From: Octopus sinensis | Lineage: Eukaryota | Assembly (NCBI RefSeq): GCF_006345805.1 | Contig: NC_043001.1 | Coordinates: 132,866,001 to 132,930,000 of the forward strand | Length of the DNA stretch: 64,000 bases | Direction of reading: 5' to 3' | Shown here: one piece after another, positions 1 through 13,295 of the stretch | Layout: the number at the start of each line of letters is the position of its first letter | How positions within the stretch are numbered: the first letter of the stretch is position 1 | The notes under the pieces: model-generated | Database searches by the model: none | Seen by the model: the letters and a program-made list of their open reading frames with translations, nothing else | What the model was told of the DNA's origin: nothing | Position numbers and translations under genes: made by a program

Positions 1-120
1 TACTGTGTGGCATGTTGGGAAAATGTCTCTTATTATAGCCCAAGACTGACAAAATAATTTGTAACCGTATTTGGTAAATGGAAACCAAAAGAAGCATATA
101 TATGTATGTGTGTGTGTGAA
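1..120 (+). mobile_element. Fragment of tRNA-derived SINE family B
   Basis: ttgggaaaatgtctcttattatagccc...ttggtaaatggaaacc..aagaagc matches the family B central segment. Confidence 0.55.
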
Positions 121-139
121 TGTGTATATATATAACCTG

Positions 140-359
140 AGCAAAAATCATTAAAAGTGCGAAAAAATGATGGTAAATTTTTTTTTAAATCGTAGACTCA
201 TCGTAGACGCATGCTAATACCCAGAAGGGCTCGATATGAATGACAACTATAAGATACCCACTTTTGGTTAAACTGCACCGCAAAATGTGGGAGTAGTTAG
301 GAATCTAAATCGGAGGAGACAGAGTCTCACACACACAAGTTCAATTTTATATATAAAGA
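140..359 (-). mobile_element. Partial non-autonomous Helitron (5' half), same family as 30127-30525
   Basis: Near-identical to 30330-30525. Minus strand starts A|TCTTTATATATAAAA. The CTAG end is absent. Confidence 0.7.
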
Positions 360-434
360 TATCAGTTTGTTTTTTTTAGAAAAACATAAATCCAGAGAAG
401 AAGCACACTCTAAGTAGTAGAGCAGTCTATAATT

Positions 435-1375
435 ATTACTGGTGAAGGTCTGTTTATTGGGTTACTCTGGTGTTCTTGTCTTAAAGGGTACCTTTATGGT
501 GTATCTTCAGACCCTATGACCTGTTGGCCTATGGTCTCTTTAAAATATGGAGGGCGAAATGATACAGATATAAACAATGGGGATTATCTCCTTTTGATGT
601 TGGTCATCGGCTTCCAGTTGTGTCATCCTCCTTCAGCTATGCCCCCTGTCAGCCATGAGGGTAAATGATAGGAGGTTATCTCCCATTCCCATCAGCAATC
701 AATTTCCAGCTGTGGTATAATTATCGCTAATACTGCTATTATCACTATTATGGCTATTATGCAGTTACCAAAACGCTAACAGGAAACTCCTGAAATGCAA
801 GCATGGCCTGAAAATCTCCATTCTGGAGCTCAGTATGGTCCCTGGTATAAGCAAGTTTTTCAGAATTTCCATGTGTTCAGCTACGCATAGCTTGATGTGT
901 TTTGTTCTATTAATGTATGGACCCAGACAGTGGAGAATTTCTATGATACTGAGTATGCAATTCCATCTTCCTTCAGTTTCCAGATATGGCTGACTAGTGA
1001 TGTTACATATCTCCTTTCTGGGACCCTGAAGGAGGATCTATGGTTGGAAAGGCATTTCTTAAAGGAAGTTCCCATGCATCCAATTTTTTTCCTTGATGTC
1101 GCGCCTACCATTGCTGTTGCTGTTGCTGTTACTACTGCTGTTGTTGGTGCTGTTGCGGTTGTAGTTGTTGATGTTGCTGCTTCTGTCAATGCTGCTGTTG
1201 TTGCTGCTGCTGCTGATGGTGTTGATTCTGGTGGTGCTGGAACTGGAGCTGTTGGTGGTGGTGGTGCCACTGAAGGTGGTGGTTGCATTGGTAGTGTTAC
1301 TGTCTCTGTGTGTATTGCCGGTGGTACATGTATTGGTGTTATTAAGCCTGCCGATGTTGATGTTGCTGCTGTTGT

Positions 1376-1407
<32 letters not shown>

Positions 1408-3157
1408 TTGATGATGTTGCTGTTGGTGCTGGTGCTGCTGTTGGCATGGGACCATTAGTATTGGAGTTGGTGAAGGTAGGAGTGATGGTGGCCTTGGTAA
1501 TGTTATAGCCAGATGTGAAGGGGGCGTTGTAGCCGAAGGTGTTACAATATTTGTTTTTATTGCTATTATTGCTATCTTCCTCAGTGAGAGGGGGTGCTGT
1601 TCTCATTGACAGGGCTACCATTATTCACATCTATGATAGTGCCTCTGCTAGGGGCGCTGCTGGTGGTGCTGTGGCCAGGTATAGTTTGGTCTGTTACTGC
1701 TGCTATGAGAGCTGCCAGAGGGTATGCTGTCCTGTCTGCTATCTGTAAGGCTGGTGTTTAATGTGACATTACTGTGGTCGATGTTAGTGATGGTGGAGGT
1801 GCCGTCTGGGATGTAGAACTTGGATAAGACTATTTGCAGTAGTGGTGGTGGTGGTGGTTGTGAAGGCGGCGAGCTGGCAGAAATGTTAGCACATCGGGCG
1901 AAATGCTTAGCAGTATTTCGTCTGTCGCTATGTTCTGAGTTCAAATTCTGCTGAGGTCGACTTTGCCTTTCATCCATTCGGGGTCGATAAATAAAGTACC
2001 AGTTACGCACTGGGGTCGATATAATCGACTTAATCCGTTTGTCTCTCCTTGTTTGTCCTCTCTGTGTTTAGCCCCTTGTGGGTAGTAAAGAAATAGGTAC
2101 TAGTGCTGGTGTTGCTGGCTCTGTTGTTAGTTCTGCCCTCATGTCTGTGGCTGCTACGGCTGCTATGATTCCTGCCAGTGGAATTGGCTGGGTTCGCCTG
2201 CACCTCAGCTTGATAGATGATGCCTTTGGTTTTGCAGCAGCCTTCTACTGGGCAACTGTTGCGGATCCTGCATGAACAACCCACCTCCTCCTGTTGCTTA
2301 AAGACACTAAGTAAGATTCTCTTAATGCTAGGGGCACAGCTAAACAAGACTCTAATGTTGTGCCTGTTGAAAATGGGGGCATACCTATGGGAGTTAGTAA
2401 AGTATTTGTCTATTAATTTAAGGAAAAGTCTACCTACAGGCATTATAGTATTAAGGAAGAAAGGGGATGCAAACCAAATTGTATTTCTACGGCATTTCCT
2501 TCTGTGGGTGTTGGGTTCTGTCATGTAAGAGATGCTGTCCTTGAACCAGCTGGCAGCTTGGGCCTCATTAAAGTATGGAGCTGCCGTGTTGAAGGTCTCT
2601 TGGTTAGAGGAAAGGCTCGAAATCCTCTTATTAACACCCTTTACCAGGTTCTTGAACATGATGGGTGGGTGGCATGAGGCTGTGCTGATGTGTGTTAGCC
2701 CCTTGTTTGGTTTGCAGTAGGGCCTGTAGTTACTGGAGCCCAAATCCAGCATAACATCTACAAAGTATGCTGTGGTGAGGTTGGTCTCTATAGTGATCTT
2801 CAATCCCATGCATCCAAGCATGCTGATTAAGTCCTTCCTAAGTGTGTGGCCACTTGCTCACCTAAAGATGACCAGAGCATTATCCCTATAGATGCTAAAG
2901 AGGACAGAGGGGAACTTTTTTCCTAAGAGTGTCCAGGATGTACAATCCATTAAGGAGGACGACACAGCCAGAAGCCGATGACCAACACCAAAGGGAGATA
3001 ATCTCCTTTGTTTATATCTGCATTGTTTCCTCCTCCAAATTTTAAAGAGGCCATAGGGCATAGGCCAACAGGTATTAGGGTCTGAAGATACACTATAAAG
3101 GTACCTTTTATGACAAGAACACCAGGGTAGCCCTATAAACCAGCCTTCACCAGTAAT
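435..3157 (-). mobile_element. 5'-truncated, decayed Penelope-like retroelement (RT C-terminal half + GIY-YIG endonuclease) bounded by ~200-bp inverted repeats
   Basis: Minus-strand frames give YRDNAL (YRDDG-type RT motif C, ~2870-2890); GLKITIETN...FVDVMLDL...RPYCKP...S.HPP...RRNTIWF (thumb); CSCRIRNSCPVEGCC linker; GIIYQAEV; KKIG...NHRSSF...HIWKLK; and after a stop plus frameshift ILHCLGPY...KLCVAEHM...CLHFRSFLL (to ~780). Inverted repeats at 435-633 and 2952-3157. Confidence 0.9.
1863..2099 (+). mobile_element. tRNA-derived SINE family A inserted in the Penelope-like element
   Basis: Head aaggcggcgagctggcagaa with B-box gagttcaaattc and central ctttcatcc.ttcggggtcgataaa..agtacc. Near-identical to 40522 and 61977. 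Confidence 0.9.
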
Positions 3158-3169
3158 ATATATATATAC

Positions 3170-3199
<30 letters not shown>

Positions 3200-3200
<1 letters not shown>

Positions 3201-3269
3201 ACAACTTAGAAAGGTTTTGGCCAGTATTGACCCAGGCCATGTCTAACTTAATAGCAGCATGTATATATA

Positions 3270-3311
<42 letters not shown>

Positions 3312-3370
3312 GCTGCTATTAAGTTAGACATGGCCTGGGTCAATACTGGCCAAAACCTTTCTAAGTTGTT
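3200..3370. repeat. Perfect 62-bp inverted repeat with (TA)n spacer, embedded in (TA)n
   Basis: 3200-3261 is the exact reverse complement of 3309-3370. The spacer 3262-3308 is TA repeat. Confidence 0.95.
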
Positions 3371-3392
3371 ATATATATATATATATATACAC

Positions 3393-3472
<80 letters not shown>

Positions 3473-4224
3473 CCAAATTACATATTGCAATGATACAAAA
3501 TTAGACATTTCATATTCATTATTCTGTTTTCTCATTTTTTCTTTGCAATAAGAATTATACCAGTACTTAATTGTAGTCAAAGATCAAAATCCAAATTCAA
3601 TTGTAGCCTACTATGAATCATCTCATAAAATATAAGAACTCAGTGTTAAATTATGCTCCAGATGTCATTCCACTACATTAATAACTGTTTTTCTGATATA
3701 GGCACCACAGTCAACCATATCAACAACAGTACTTGACTGGTACTTTATTTTACCAATCCCAAAAGGACGAAAGAGCAAAGCTGACCTCAGTGAGATTTGA
3801 ACCCAGGATATAAAGATCCAGAAGAAATACCACAGAAGAAATTTTGTCCAAATCTCTAAATATTCTGCTTATCTACCATTAAAAAAAAATGTTGATATTT
3901 ACAAATATTTACAAATGAAGAACAAGCTATTTACTAAACTTAAAATGAATTAAGCTACATAATAATATAACTAATATAGGATTATGTGAATATGATCAGA
4001 AGAGAATTAAATGAATATCATACTGCTACTGTTGAAACAAACAAAATTGTACTTTCTCTTCTACTTTTACTAACTTTTCGAAAATATATGTTGTTATCGT
4101 TGTTATTAATTCTTAGTGTATCTTAATTCTTCTTGTCTTAGTTCCACCTGTACAGTTGGCCTGTACATTTGGCATCAAGATGTTTCCAATTATCTCAGTT
4201 TTAAGCATAATCCCCTGCATCATC

Positions 4225-4815
4225 TATAATAATATAATAATAATGATGAAATTATTTTATACAGTGCTCAACTTGTCAAAAGTGCATATAAAGCATATGC
4301 AGTAATGTACAAATAGCTGGGAAGTGAACAGTGTATGAGTCAGATACATGCTTGTGTGTGTATGGAGGGGAGAAAATCAGGTGTAGTGTTGGCGAATCTG
4401 AGGAAGCATGGAAGTTTTCAAGGATGCAGTGCTCCAACAACTAACAACTGATGCCGGCAGTTTGTTCTATACCTCAGCAACTCTTAGCATGAAAAAATGT
4501 TTCCAAAAGTCATGGGAGCTGTGCTGTTTTCTGACTTTGTAATCATGTCCACAGGTGTTAGACAGGTGGAGTTTGAAAAGGTGCTCAGAGTTATTGTTAG
4601 TAAGATAGTTAATAATTTTATGGGTGTCTGCCAAGTCAGCTGCCAGACATCGGAGTTTCAATGTGTCCATGCCCAGGGAAGCAAGGCGTTCAGAATATGA
4701 CAAATGCCTGATGGAGGGTATTCTCTTGGTTGTCCATCGCTGAACGGTTTCCAGACGATTAATATCCTGGGCAAGATAGGGGTTCCAGACCAAGTGATGC
4801 TAAGTTGTTACAGAT
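4225..4815 (-). mobile_element. CR1-clade LINE 3' fragment
   Basis: ORF 4467-4793 VWNPYLAQDINRLETVQRWTTKRIP...SYSERL..LG...GH.YK...FF..RV is a typical CR1 ORF2 C-terminus, followed by 3' UTR and an (ATT)n-like tail. Confidence 0.85.
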
Positions 4816-5029
4816 CCTCCTCTTTGAAGGTGTTGAGCCACATCTTTTCAGGTTTCCCTCTCTTCCTTTATCCCTATGGTGGTACCCATTGTATATCAGT
4901 CTTGAACATTGTTTTAGCAGTTAGAAAACATGACCTGAACAAGTCACATTCCTTTTTCCAACAAAGTTTGTGATTCTATCCCTGTAGGTAATCTCGAGTA
5001 TGCTACATAGACATCATTGGTGGAATGCA

Positions 5030-5270
5030 TTCAACCTGTGAGTGATCTTGGCAGTCATCTTCTAATGCCTATCTAGACTGAACAGACCTGTAATCAAGTG
5101 CATTCTAGCTGTGATCATCCTATATTCATCTAAGAATAGTGTATCCTAGGTTACATCATCTAGTGTATGTGTTTTTATTTTAATGACAGGCTGTAATTTG
5201 AAAGAGATTTGCTACTGTTTTCTCACAGATTTAGCAACCACATGAAGTTTCTCTTGTTGGCTCGGTCAAA
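5030..5270 (-). repeat. Dispersed repeat family F copy (unclassified)
   Basis: Reverse-complement similarity to 35625-35830, 38095-38335 and 47720-47915 (ctagaaatagcagccaaatctccctcaaat...tcctag motif). Confidence 0.45.
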
Positions 5271-5499
5271 AGATGTATTTCTTTCAAAATAACATTTGTT
5301 ATTAGCAAATTCATAATGATTAATTAAATCCCTAATGTATCAATGAAGAAAGAAAATAATAGTTGCAAAAACGTGTGTTACATAAAATGAATGTTGCTAA
5401 AGTACATTAGGTACTTAAAGAGAATAACTGTTAAAATAAGAACTAGCTCCCTTTTGTACTGTTTTACATCCATCCGGCTGCACTTACAGGGATTGGATA

Positions 5500-5912
5500 C
5501 TCTCTCTTTACTCTTTTACTTCTTTCAGTCATCTGACTGCGGCCATGCTGGAGCACCGCCTTTAGTCAAGCAAATCAACCCCGGGACTTATTCTTTGTAA
5601 GCCCAGTACTTATTCTATTGGTCTCTTTTGCCGAACCGCTAAGTGATGGGGACGTAAACACACCAGCATCGGTTGTCAAGCAATGCTAGGGGGACAAACA
5701 CAGACACACAAACATATACACACACACTTATATATATATACATATATACGACAGGCTTCTTTCAGTTTCCGTCTACCAAATCCACTCACAAGGCATTGGT
5801 TGGCCCGGGGCTATAGCAGAAGACACTTGCCCAAGATGCCACGCAGTGGGACTGAACCTGGAACCATGTGGTTGGTTAGCAAGCTACTTACCACACAGCC
5901 AACTCCTGCGCC
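5500..5912 (-). mobile_element. tRNA-derived SINE family B, full length
   Basis: Minus-strand head ggcgcaggagt.ggctgtgtggtaag, B-box ggttcagtccc, internal TA/TG microsatellite, (taaaagag)n tail. Near-identical to 30683, 51550 and 54835. Confidence 0.9.
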
Positions 5913-8029
5913 TTATAACTTATTTGTTAAAGCAATTATTTTATAAACAGCTGGATGTCCTCAAGAAAACTAGAGTAAGGTTATTTTGGTACTTTGCCCA
6001 ACACAGTGATAGGGGTAAGATTTGAACAAACAACTGTCTGGCCAGTCATTATGATATTTTACAAATGAAAAGAAACTATTGCAGAAAGTTATACTTGGGG
6101 ACGGTCATCTTTATCCCCAACACATGTTTTCACACCAAGAATCTTGCAAAACAAATACATAGAGACATATTTTTTTGTAAATAGGGTCTTATATCAAGGA
6201 ATATAGTCATTTGTACAAATAAAAACAAAAACTTTCATGAGAGCAATAACAAACAAGTAAGAGTTAAAGGAAAGAACATATAGATTATAGAAGAGCAAGC
6301 AACATAAAATACATTTAGGTTTATAATCTAAATAAATGTTCTTGCATCTTCATTACACAATACATTTTCCTAAAAGACATATGAAAAATTTCTATATCAC
6401 TAACAGAATGCAATTCTGAAGAATTCCAGTACTTTGTCAGTTTTCAATTTGTATATGCCACCTAATGCAGAGAAATTGTTTTATCAGGATTTATAATTCA
6501 GAAAAAATATATATAAAAATATAAAATTTAAACAAAATTAAGTTTAAATCTGACTAAAACTGACAGATAAATCTTTTAAGCACTGTTAAGAAGTCAACAC
6601 TAGGTAAAGGTTTAAAAATTATATCTTGAAATAGCAATGCATATAAAATACATATTTGGTGAGATATGAATATAAAATAAACATACAATAAATACAAGAT
6701 ATAAATAAATATAACACCTATAGAATAGAGTGGATAATTAATGCTAAAAGCTAGACTAGTAATTATTAATGATGGAATAAGAAAAATGTGTTGTAAAAAA
6801 AAAAAGCTATACCCTAAGGTATTTCAGAGCTTTTAAGAAGGAATTTGACTACATTTTATCAGTAGAAGTATACACAGTGAATAGTAAAGAAAAAATTTAT
6901 TCAGCTATACATCTGAAAAATGCTTGAATAAAGTTCATGAATTGATAATTTACAAAGCAAGCCATAACACCATTATCTCATGTAATGCTTTAGTTGTGCT
7001 GAGTATGTCTTTCAGTTAACCCTCTAATAAATTTCAAAGAAGTATCTTTCAGAAAAATACTAACCATTTTTGTTATGATTTTTTTTATATTTTTGTTTTC
7101 AATCTCAAAATTATTAAATGATCTTAGTTACATGGAATAAAATCTTTTTAATTATTCTGTCTAAAAATATGTTGTGGAATTCATTTCTTTCGATATTTTT
7201 TCTGCTTTTAGTTATATGAGAATTAGTTTAGTAATGTCTTTTGTACAAGTAAAAAGAAATCAATTAATTTTTTTGTCTTTTGATGGCAAAGTCAGATGAG
7301 GAAGGGCAGTGCCATAACTCTTTTCAAGGCCTCATGACCGGTTCGAATAGAGGAGAAAGTTATCCTCTAACCAAAAACCAAACCTGAGGTCATGCAACAG
7401 AGTAGACCCCACTAAAAGCATCTGAAGGCCTGACATTGTTGTTAAACTGATTGATGGATTAAGACTACTACAAAGAACAAGCACAGACCCTAGACAGTTT
7501 TCATCTACCAAGTTTCATCAACAAACCTTCAGTTGACTCAAGGCTATGGTCAACAACACTTATTTAAGTCCCACACAGTGGGATTAAACTCAAAGACCAA
7601 ATAATTTCAAAGTGAACTTCTTAACCACACGGCAATGCCTGTTTCCATTGCAGTATCTAACTGTATTTGGTAACATCAAACAATAAACTTGAAGAAAACA
7701 TTAACAGACAGTGATTGACTCAGAACTTTGAATAATAGCTAAAAAAAAATTGTATGTCTATTTGTTAATGCATCTACTCAACTCCTTTGCACACCGGCCA
7801 ATTTTTTTTATAAGACATGAGGAATATTGAATCAACCACTGGTGTGGAGTCTGTGACTCTTAAATGATAAAGGGATATATTTTGTGCTTAACAACCTTTA
7901 ATTTATAGCTTACACAGAGTGATCTAGCCTTTTGTTTTTTTTAAATATTACAATTCCTTTCAAAGATACACATCAAAAAATCAAAAATCAAAATCAAAAT
8001 CGATCAACATCAATGGAAATTGTAGCTGT

Positions 8030-8398
8030 GATACCAGTGCTGGTGGCACATAAGAGAACCATCCGAATAGGGCCATTGCCAGCGCTGCCCCAACTGGCCT
8101 CCATGCCGGTGGCACGTAAAAAGCACCATCCGATCATGGCCGTTGCCAGCCTCGCCTCGCCTCCATGACGGTGGCACGTAAAAAGCACCATCCGATCGTG
8201 GCCGTTTGCCAGTGGCACGTAAAAAGCACCCACTACACTCATGGAGTGGTTGGCGTTAGGAAGGGCATCCAGCCGTAGAAACATTGCCATATCAGACTGG
8301 GCCTGGTGCAGCCTCCTGGCTTCCCAGACCGCAGTTGAACCGTCCAACCCATGCCAGCATGGAAAGCGGACGCTAAACGATGATGATGATGATGATGA
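8030..8398 (+). mobile_element. RTE LINE 3' UTR copy (family C) with tandem ggtggcacgtaaaaagcacc units
   Basis: Ends ccaacccatgccagcatggaaagcggacgctaaac(gat)n, the same tail that follows the RTE ORF at 18280-19092. Confidence 0.85.
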
Positions 8399-10195
8399 CA
8401 TCCTCCCTGTTAATAACCCAGTCAAGAAATAGGAACTAAATATAAGTTTTGTTATCAATCATACAAAATGGAGCATAGAATCTTATGTATCCTGCACAAT
8501 ACAATGGCTATAATAAGATCTGAACTTATGATCATGTGGCAAGTAACTTAATGTTGCAAGGAAGGCATTAAACCCATCTCTCTGTTATTTCTGTTCACTC
8601 ACTGGCCTCAGTAGGAATTTAATTGTCAATAAATATTAATAATGCAATAAATTTGATTGCTAGCTATTACAAAATTCATGCTGGTGGGGACAGATTTAGT
8701 TTTGTCAAGAATCATGTGATTTTAGACAACTCGGTGCTACTTCCAGGTTAAAGAGTTCATACAAAGTGCTGAAGGACAATATCAAACTTGATCCTAGATG
8801 ATAGCCAGCAAATATAACTTATCTTCATGGTTTTCTAATTCTCAAAGATAGCCCTTTCTGTTCACGTTTTATCCTGAGGGTATACTAAGTCCAAGATAAA
8901 CCCATCACCATCATGAAACTTCACAGAACACGACAACACTTACAATCAGTCTACAGTTTTCAACATGAAAACTACATAAATTAAGAAAACAACCAACAAT
9001 CATGATTTCATATGTTACTGCTGCTATTCAAAACTTAAATAATTATTCTGTTACATAAACCATTCATAACACATTCAGATATGCACCCCTATCAAAATCC
9101 CTACAACCAATTGTATCCAGCAGTTGAAAAGCTTAAATGCTGTCATTGTTATGCAGTTTCTTGACTTGACTGAGTGCTTGAATATCAGACTTGAGTATCT
9201 CAGAGACTTCTGATGTTTTGACATCTAATTTTGTTTTCATAAATAATTACTAAGCAAAATGAAATGCTTTTTTCCTACTTTTCAAATTTTTGCCATTTTG
9301 GCAAGTGTTATTTGGATATATAATGAGTGAATTTTAGGATATAAAAAAAAATTAGTCGCTTGTAAAAAGAAATTAAATAGAATATGGTATGGCCATAGTT
9401 ATGTGGTTACGTACAGCCAATGCTATGTGATTAGGATTTTGATTCTCAATCACATGATTTGGGCCCAGTCTCATTTCAAGGTACTTTGGGCAAATGTCTT
9501 CAACTATAGACTAATGCCTGATGAGGTAATTTGGAAGTTGTAAACAAAAAGATGCTGTTATATATGTGTGTGCGTGCCAGGCTGTGTGCGTGCATGTGCA
9601 TATATGTGCTTGCATAAATGTTTACATATAGCTACAAATGGTGATGCCACCATTTGCAGCTCTGCTATAAGCAGTCACATCACTGTTTGTGGCTGGGCTG
9701 CAACTGGTAACCTTTGATGATATTTCCTGTTAACAAATTGTCCATGAACTCTGTTTTGGAATTTCTCAATGACAAGAATATTTTTAATTGAGAAATAGGT
9801 AAGGGATCAAAACAAGAAGAGCATCCAGCTGTAAGATTCTTTTTTCAATTACCTACTGTTTAAGTCAAGCTAGCTTGGAAAACAAATGTTAGATGAAAGT
9901 GAATGAATGAATGATGGCTAAAAGGAGCAAAATAAGTAACATACATAAAAAAAAAATAATGAAATAGAGAACTATGTTTGCCTAATCACTAAGTAAAACA
10001 ATTTTTGAAAATGGTGGCAATAATAGTTATAAGTAATAAAATATATTCACTTACTGGACCTCATTTTTCAATTGTTTTGTAACATTTTTGTTTAATATTT
10101 AGTCAGGCAGCCCTGATTACATGGAATAGTAATACAGAATACATCAAATGTAGCCATTTTCATTATTATTTCTTCCTGAGGAAAAATTATGTCTT

Positions 10196-10460
10196 ACGCC
10201 GGTGGCACGTAAAATGCACCAATCCGACCGTGGCCATTGCCAGCCTCGCCTGGCACCTGTGCAGGTGGCATGTAAAAAGCACCCACTACACTCACGGAGC
10301 GGTTGGCATTAGGAAGGGCATCCAGCTGTAGAAACATTGCCAGATAAGACTGGAGCCTGGGGCAGCCTTCTGGCTTCCCAGATCCCCGGTCGAACCGTCC
10401 AACCCATGCTAGCATGGAGAACGGACGTTAAACGATGATGATGATGATGATGATGATGAT
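10196..10460 (+). mobile_element. RTE 3' end copy (family C)
   Basis: Family C tail plus (GAT)n. Confidence 0.9.
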
Positions 10461-10639
10461 TTAATTTGATATTTTATTTTAATGGTAGTCTCTCAAATCC
10501 AAGAAATAATTTATGTTTTACATTTAATTCAACATTTTATTGATATTTTATTTTAATGGTAGTCCCTCAAATCCAAGACAGTTTTGCAATTCTACACTGA
10601 ACAACTAGTACAGGTGATTTTTTTTATAGTGGTCAAATG

Positions 10640-10845
10640 TTGGTGCTACACATAGGCTCACTGCCCTCGTCAAAGCAAAGTTACCTGTACAGCATACCAC
10701 ACACCAAATGTCAAAGTGATTGCAGAGCAGTATGAGATGAAATGTTTTGCTTGAGAACACAACGCACCACCCAGTCTGGGAATCAAACCCACAATCTCAT
10801 GATCATGGGTGCAACACCCTTACTACTAGATTATGTGTTCTCACA
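10640..10845 (-). mobile_element. Degenerate tRNA-derived SINE (family D)
   Basis: tRNA-like minus-strand head with gggtttgattccc B-box. The gagatgaaatgttttgcttgagaacacaac segment resembles 58420-58570. Confidence 0.45.
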
Positions 10846-11200
10846 TTACATCTCATATAATAAATTGCTAAATTAACAGTTAAACTATACTAAGTAGCCA
10901 AATGGGTGGAAAAGAGTTTCAATGAATCAACCTTTAGTGATGGAATTCTTGTAGTTTGGAATTCTGTTATATTTCTTTCCATTTTTTCATTTATTTATTT
11001 TGATAGTGTACATTAGAGGCATTGTGGTACGCATGACATCCCCAGGCAAACTCCTATCTTATAAATAGACTTTACAAATATTCTCTTCTCATTTTACAGT
11101 TACCCATCAGGTTTCACAATACATTTACAAAAAAAATTCTTTTGCCTCTTCATTATATGCCATATTTTTATCTCGCACTCAAATTCTCTCACTCATCTAA

Positions 11201-11232
<32 letters not shown>

Positions 11233-11559
11233 ACAAAATATATACATATTTTTTAAAGATCAATTGTATTGAAAATATTGATTCAGAGGTAAATGGTGCC
11301 TTCAAAGTGCAAGATATTATAATATTAGTATAAGCTGAGAAGAAAAAGGGAAAAAACCTCTCAGAACAACAAGATTGAACATTCCCAACACATATTTAGC
11401 TCTATAAGCTCACTTATTAGATAGATATCATTGTGTAAGTTAAGCACAAATTCAATAGCTGGATGAAATAGTGGAATTCTAATAGCCTAACAGCATTTTG
11501 AATTATAAGGGATTATTTCAATGCTATCGGTGAATCAACATAGTTTGCATTAGTGAATA

Positions 11560-11816
11560 AAGAGGCTTGTCTGTTTCCTTCACACGTTCAAACATATATT
11601 CATAAATATAGATGTGCGTATCTATATATATGTGTGTGTGTGTATATATATATGGAAACATACACACACACAATAATATACATATACATATATGTATATA
11701 TATATATATATACATACATATATATATATACATAAACATATCTATACATAAACATAAATATACATACATATGTATACATATACATATAGATATATACACA
11801 CATATATTCATGTATA

Positions 11817-11860
<44 letters not shown>

Positions 11861-11980
11861 CTTACATATCTATATATATATACATATATATACATGCATA
11901 TATACAGATATACATACAGATATACATATATCTGTATGTATATATGTACATATATATTTATATATATATATATATATATA
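11560..11980. repeat. Compound (TA)n/(CA)n/(TACA)n microsatellite
   Basis: Direct inspection. Source of the spurious Y/I/C-rich ORFs. Confidence 0.95.
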
Positions 11981-12315
11981 AACAAAACGAAAAAGGGAAC
12001 AAGAATGTAACAGGCGACAACAAAACATTTAGACAATTGGATGATATAAAAAAGGATAAAAAAAATGCAAGGATGGTTCCAGTTTGTCTTTGTAATTTTG
12101 TCGGTTACTTTTGAGACTGTTTACCTTCGAAACACGGAGTAGATGAAACGAAGGCGGCTGAAGAAGGGGAATTTTCCTTGTGTTGTATGTCTTGTACCCT
12201 GTTTTTTCGTTGTTTAAAAAAATGTCCGTTTCCATGGTTCTGTTTTTACGTTTTCGTTTCTCATTTTGTTTGACGTTTTTTTGGTGTCCTGTACACATAT
12301 ATGCATGTATATATA
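11980..12315. repeat. Family G repeat embedded in TA microsatellite
   Basis: Reverse complement shares catgcatatatgtgtacaggac and gaaac..ggagtagat...ctgaagaaggg with 46705-47160 and 49960-50385. Confidence 0.6.
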
Positions 12316-12997
12316 CGTATAGATGTAGGCACGTACATATGTGTATGTATATATGCATATGTTTTAGACATATATATATATACATATATATACATATATA
12401 TATACATATATATATAGACATATATGTATATACTCATATATATATATATACATATATATAGACATATATGCATATACTCATATATATATATATATACACA
12501 CATCTATATACATATGTAGATAGATAGATAGGTAGATATTGCAAAATTTCTGACTCAACATGATACATGCACACGCACATTCACACATACATAGACATAC
12601 ACATACACACACACTAGTACTCAACAGTACAAATGAGTGCTCAATACCACACTGGTGTACAGAATTTTATCTTTTTTGCGGATTACAAAGGAATGGGCAA
12701 GGATGAGTATTTTCTCACAAGTAAAGAATTAATTAATCAATAGTGAAAGCAATTCCTTGCGAAAAACTAGGACCTATACAAGGAATATAACAATAGAAAT
12801 ATTCTTATTAGTCGCCTCCTGCAAGCTGTGTAATTATTTCAAAATCACATTCACTTTCATGTAACATATTGTATTGTCATCCGAAATGAAGACAAGTACC
12901 AACACTTCCATGTGGTAGACTTGAACAATTGTGAAGATCCCTTCACATGAATCCACTAGTGTATTGTTAACTCAAAAATAAAGTACATATATATATC

Positions 12998-13295
12998 ACC
13001 GTGACCGACCAGGCTATCAGATGTTCTAACACATCGCTGGTCACAATGTGCTTTGCATTGTTTTAGCCTTCAAATGACGCCATCCCGCTGGCTAAGCGAG
13101 CAGGCCAACAGAGGAAAGAGGGAGAGAAAGTTGTGGCGAAAGTGTACAGCAGAGATCGCCACCACCCCCTGCCGGAGCCTCGTGGAGCTTTTGGTGTTTT
13201 CACTCAATAAACACTCACAACACCCGGACTGGGAATCGAAACCATGATCATATGACCACGAGTCCACTGCCCTAACCACTGGGCCATTGCGCCTC

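Noticed and set aside
897-1508. 203-aa + strand Ala/Val/Gly ORF and 97-aa poly-Leu ORF
   Set aside because: Antisense and alternative frames of the low-complexity triplet insert within the Penelope-like element.
3075-3130. CTGAAGA plus an aaaggtaccttt palindrome in the Penelope terminal repeat (also ~480-512, - strand) as a hammerhead
   Set aside because: No downstream GAAA and no stem I/III pairing in either copy.
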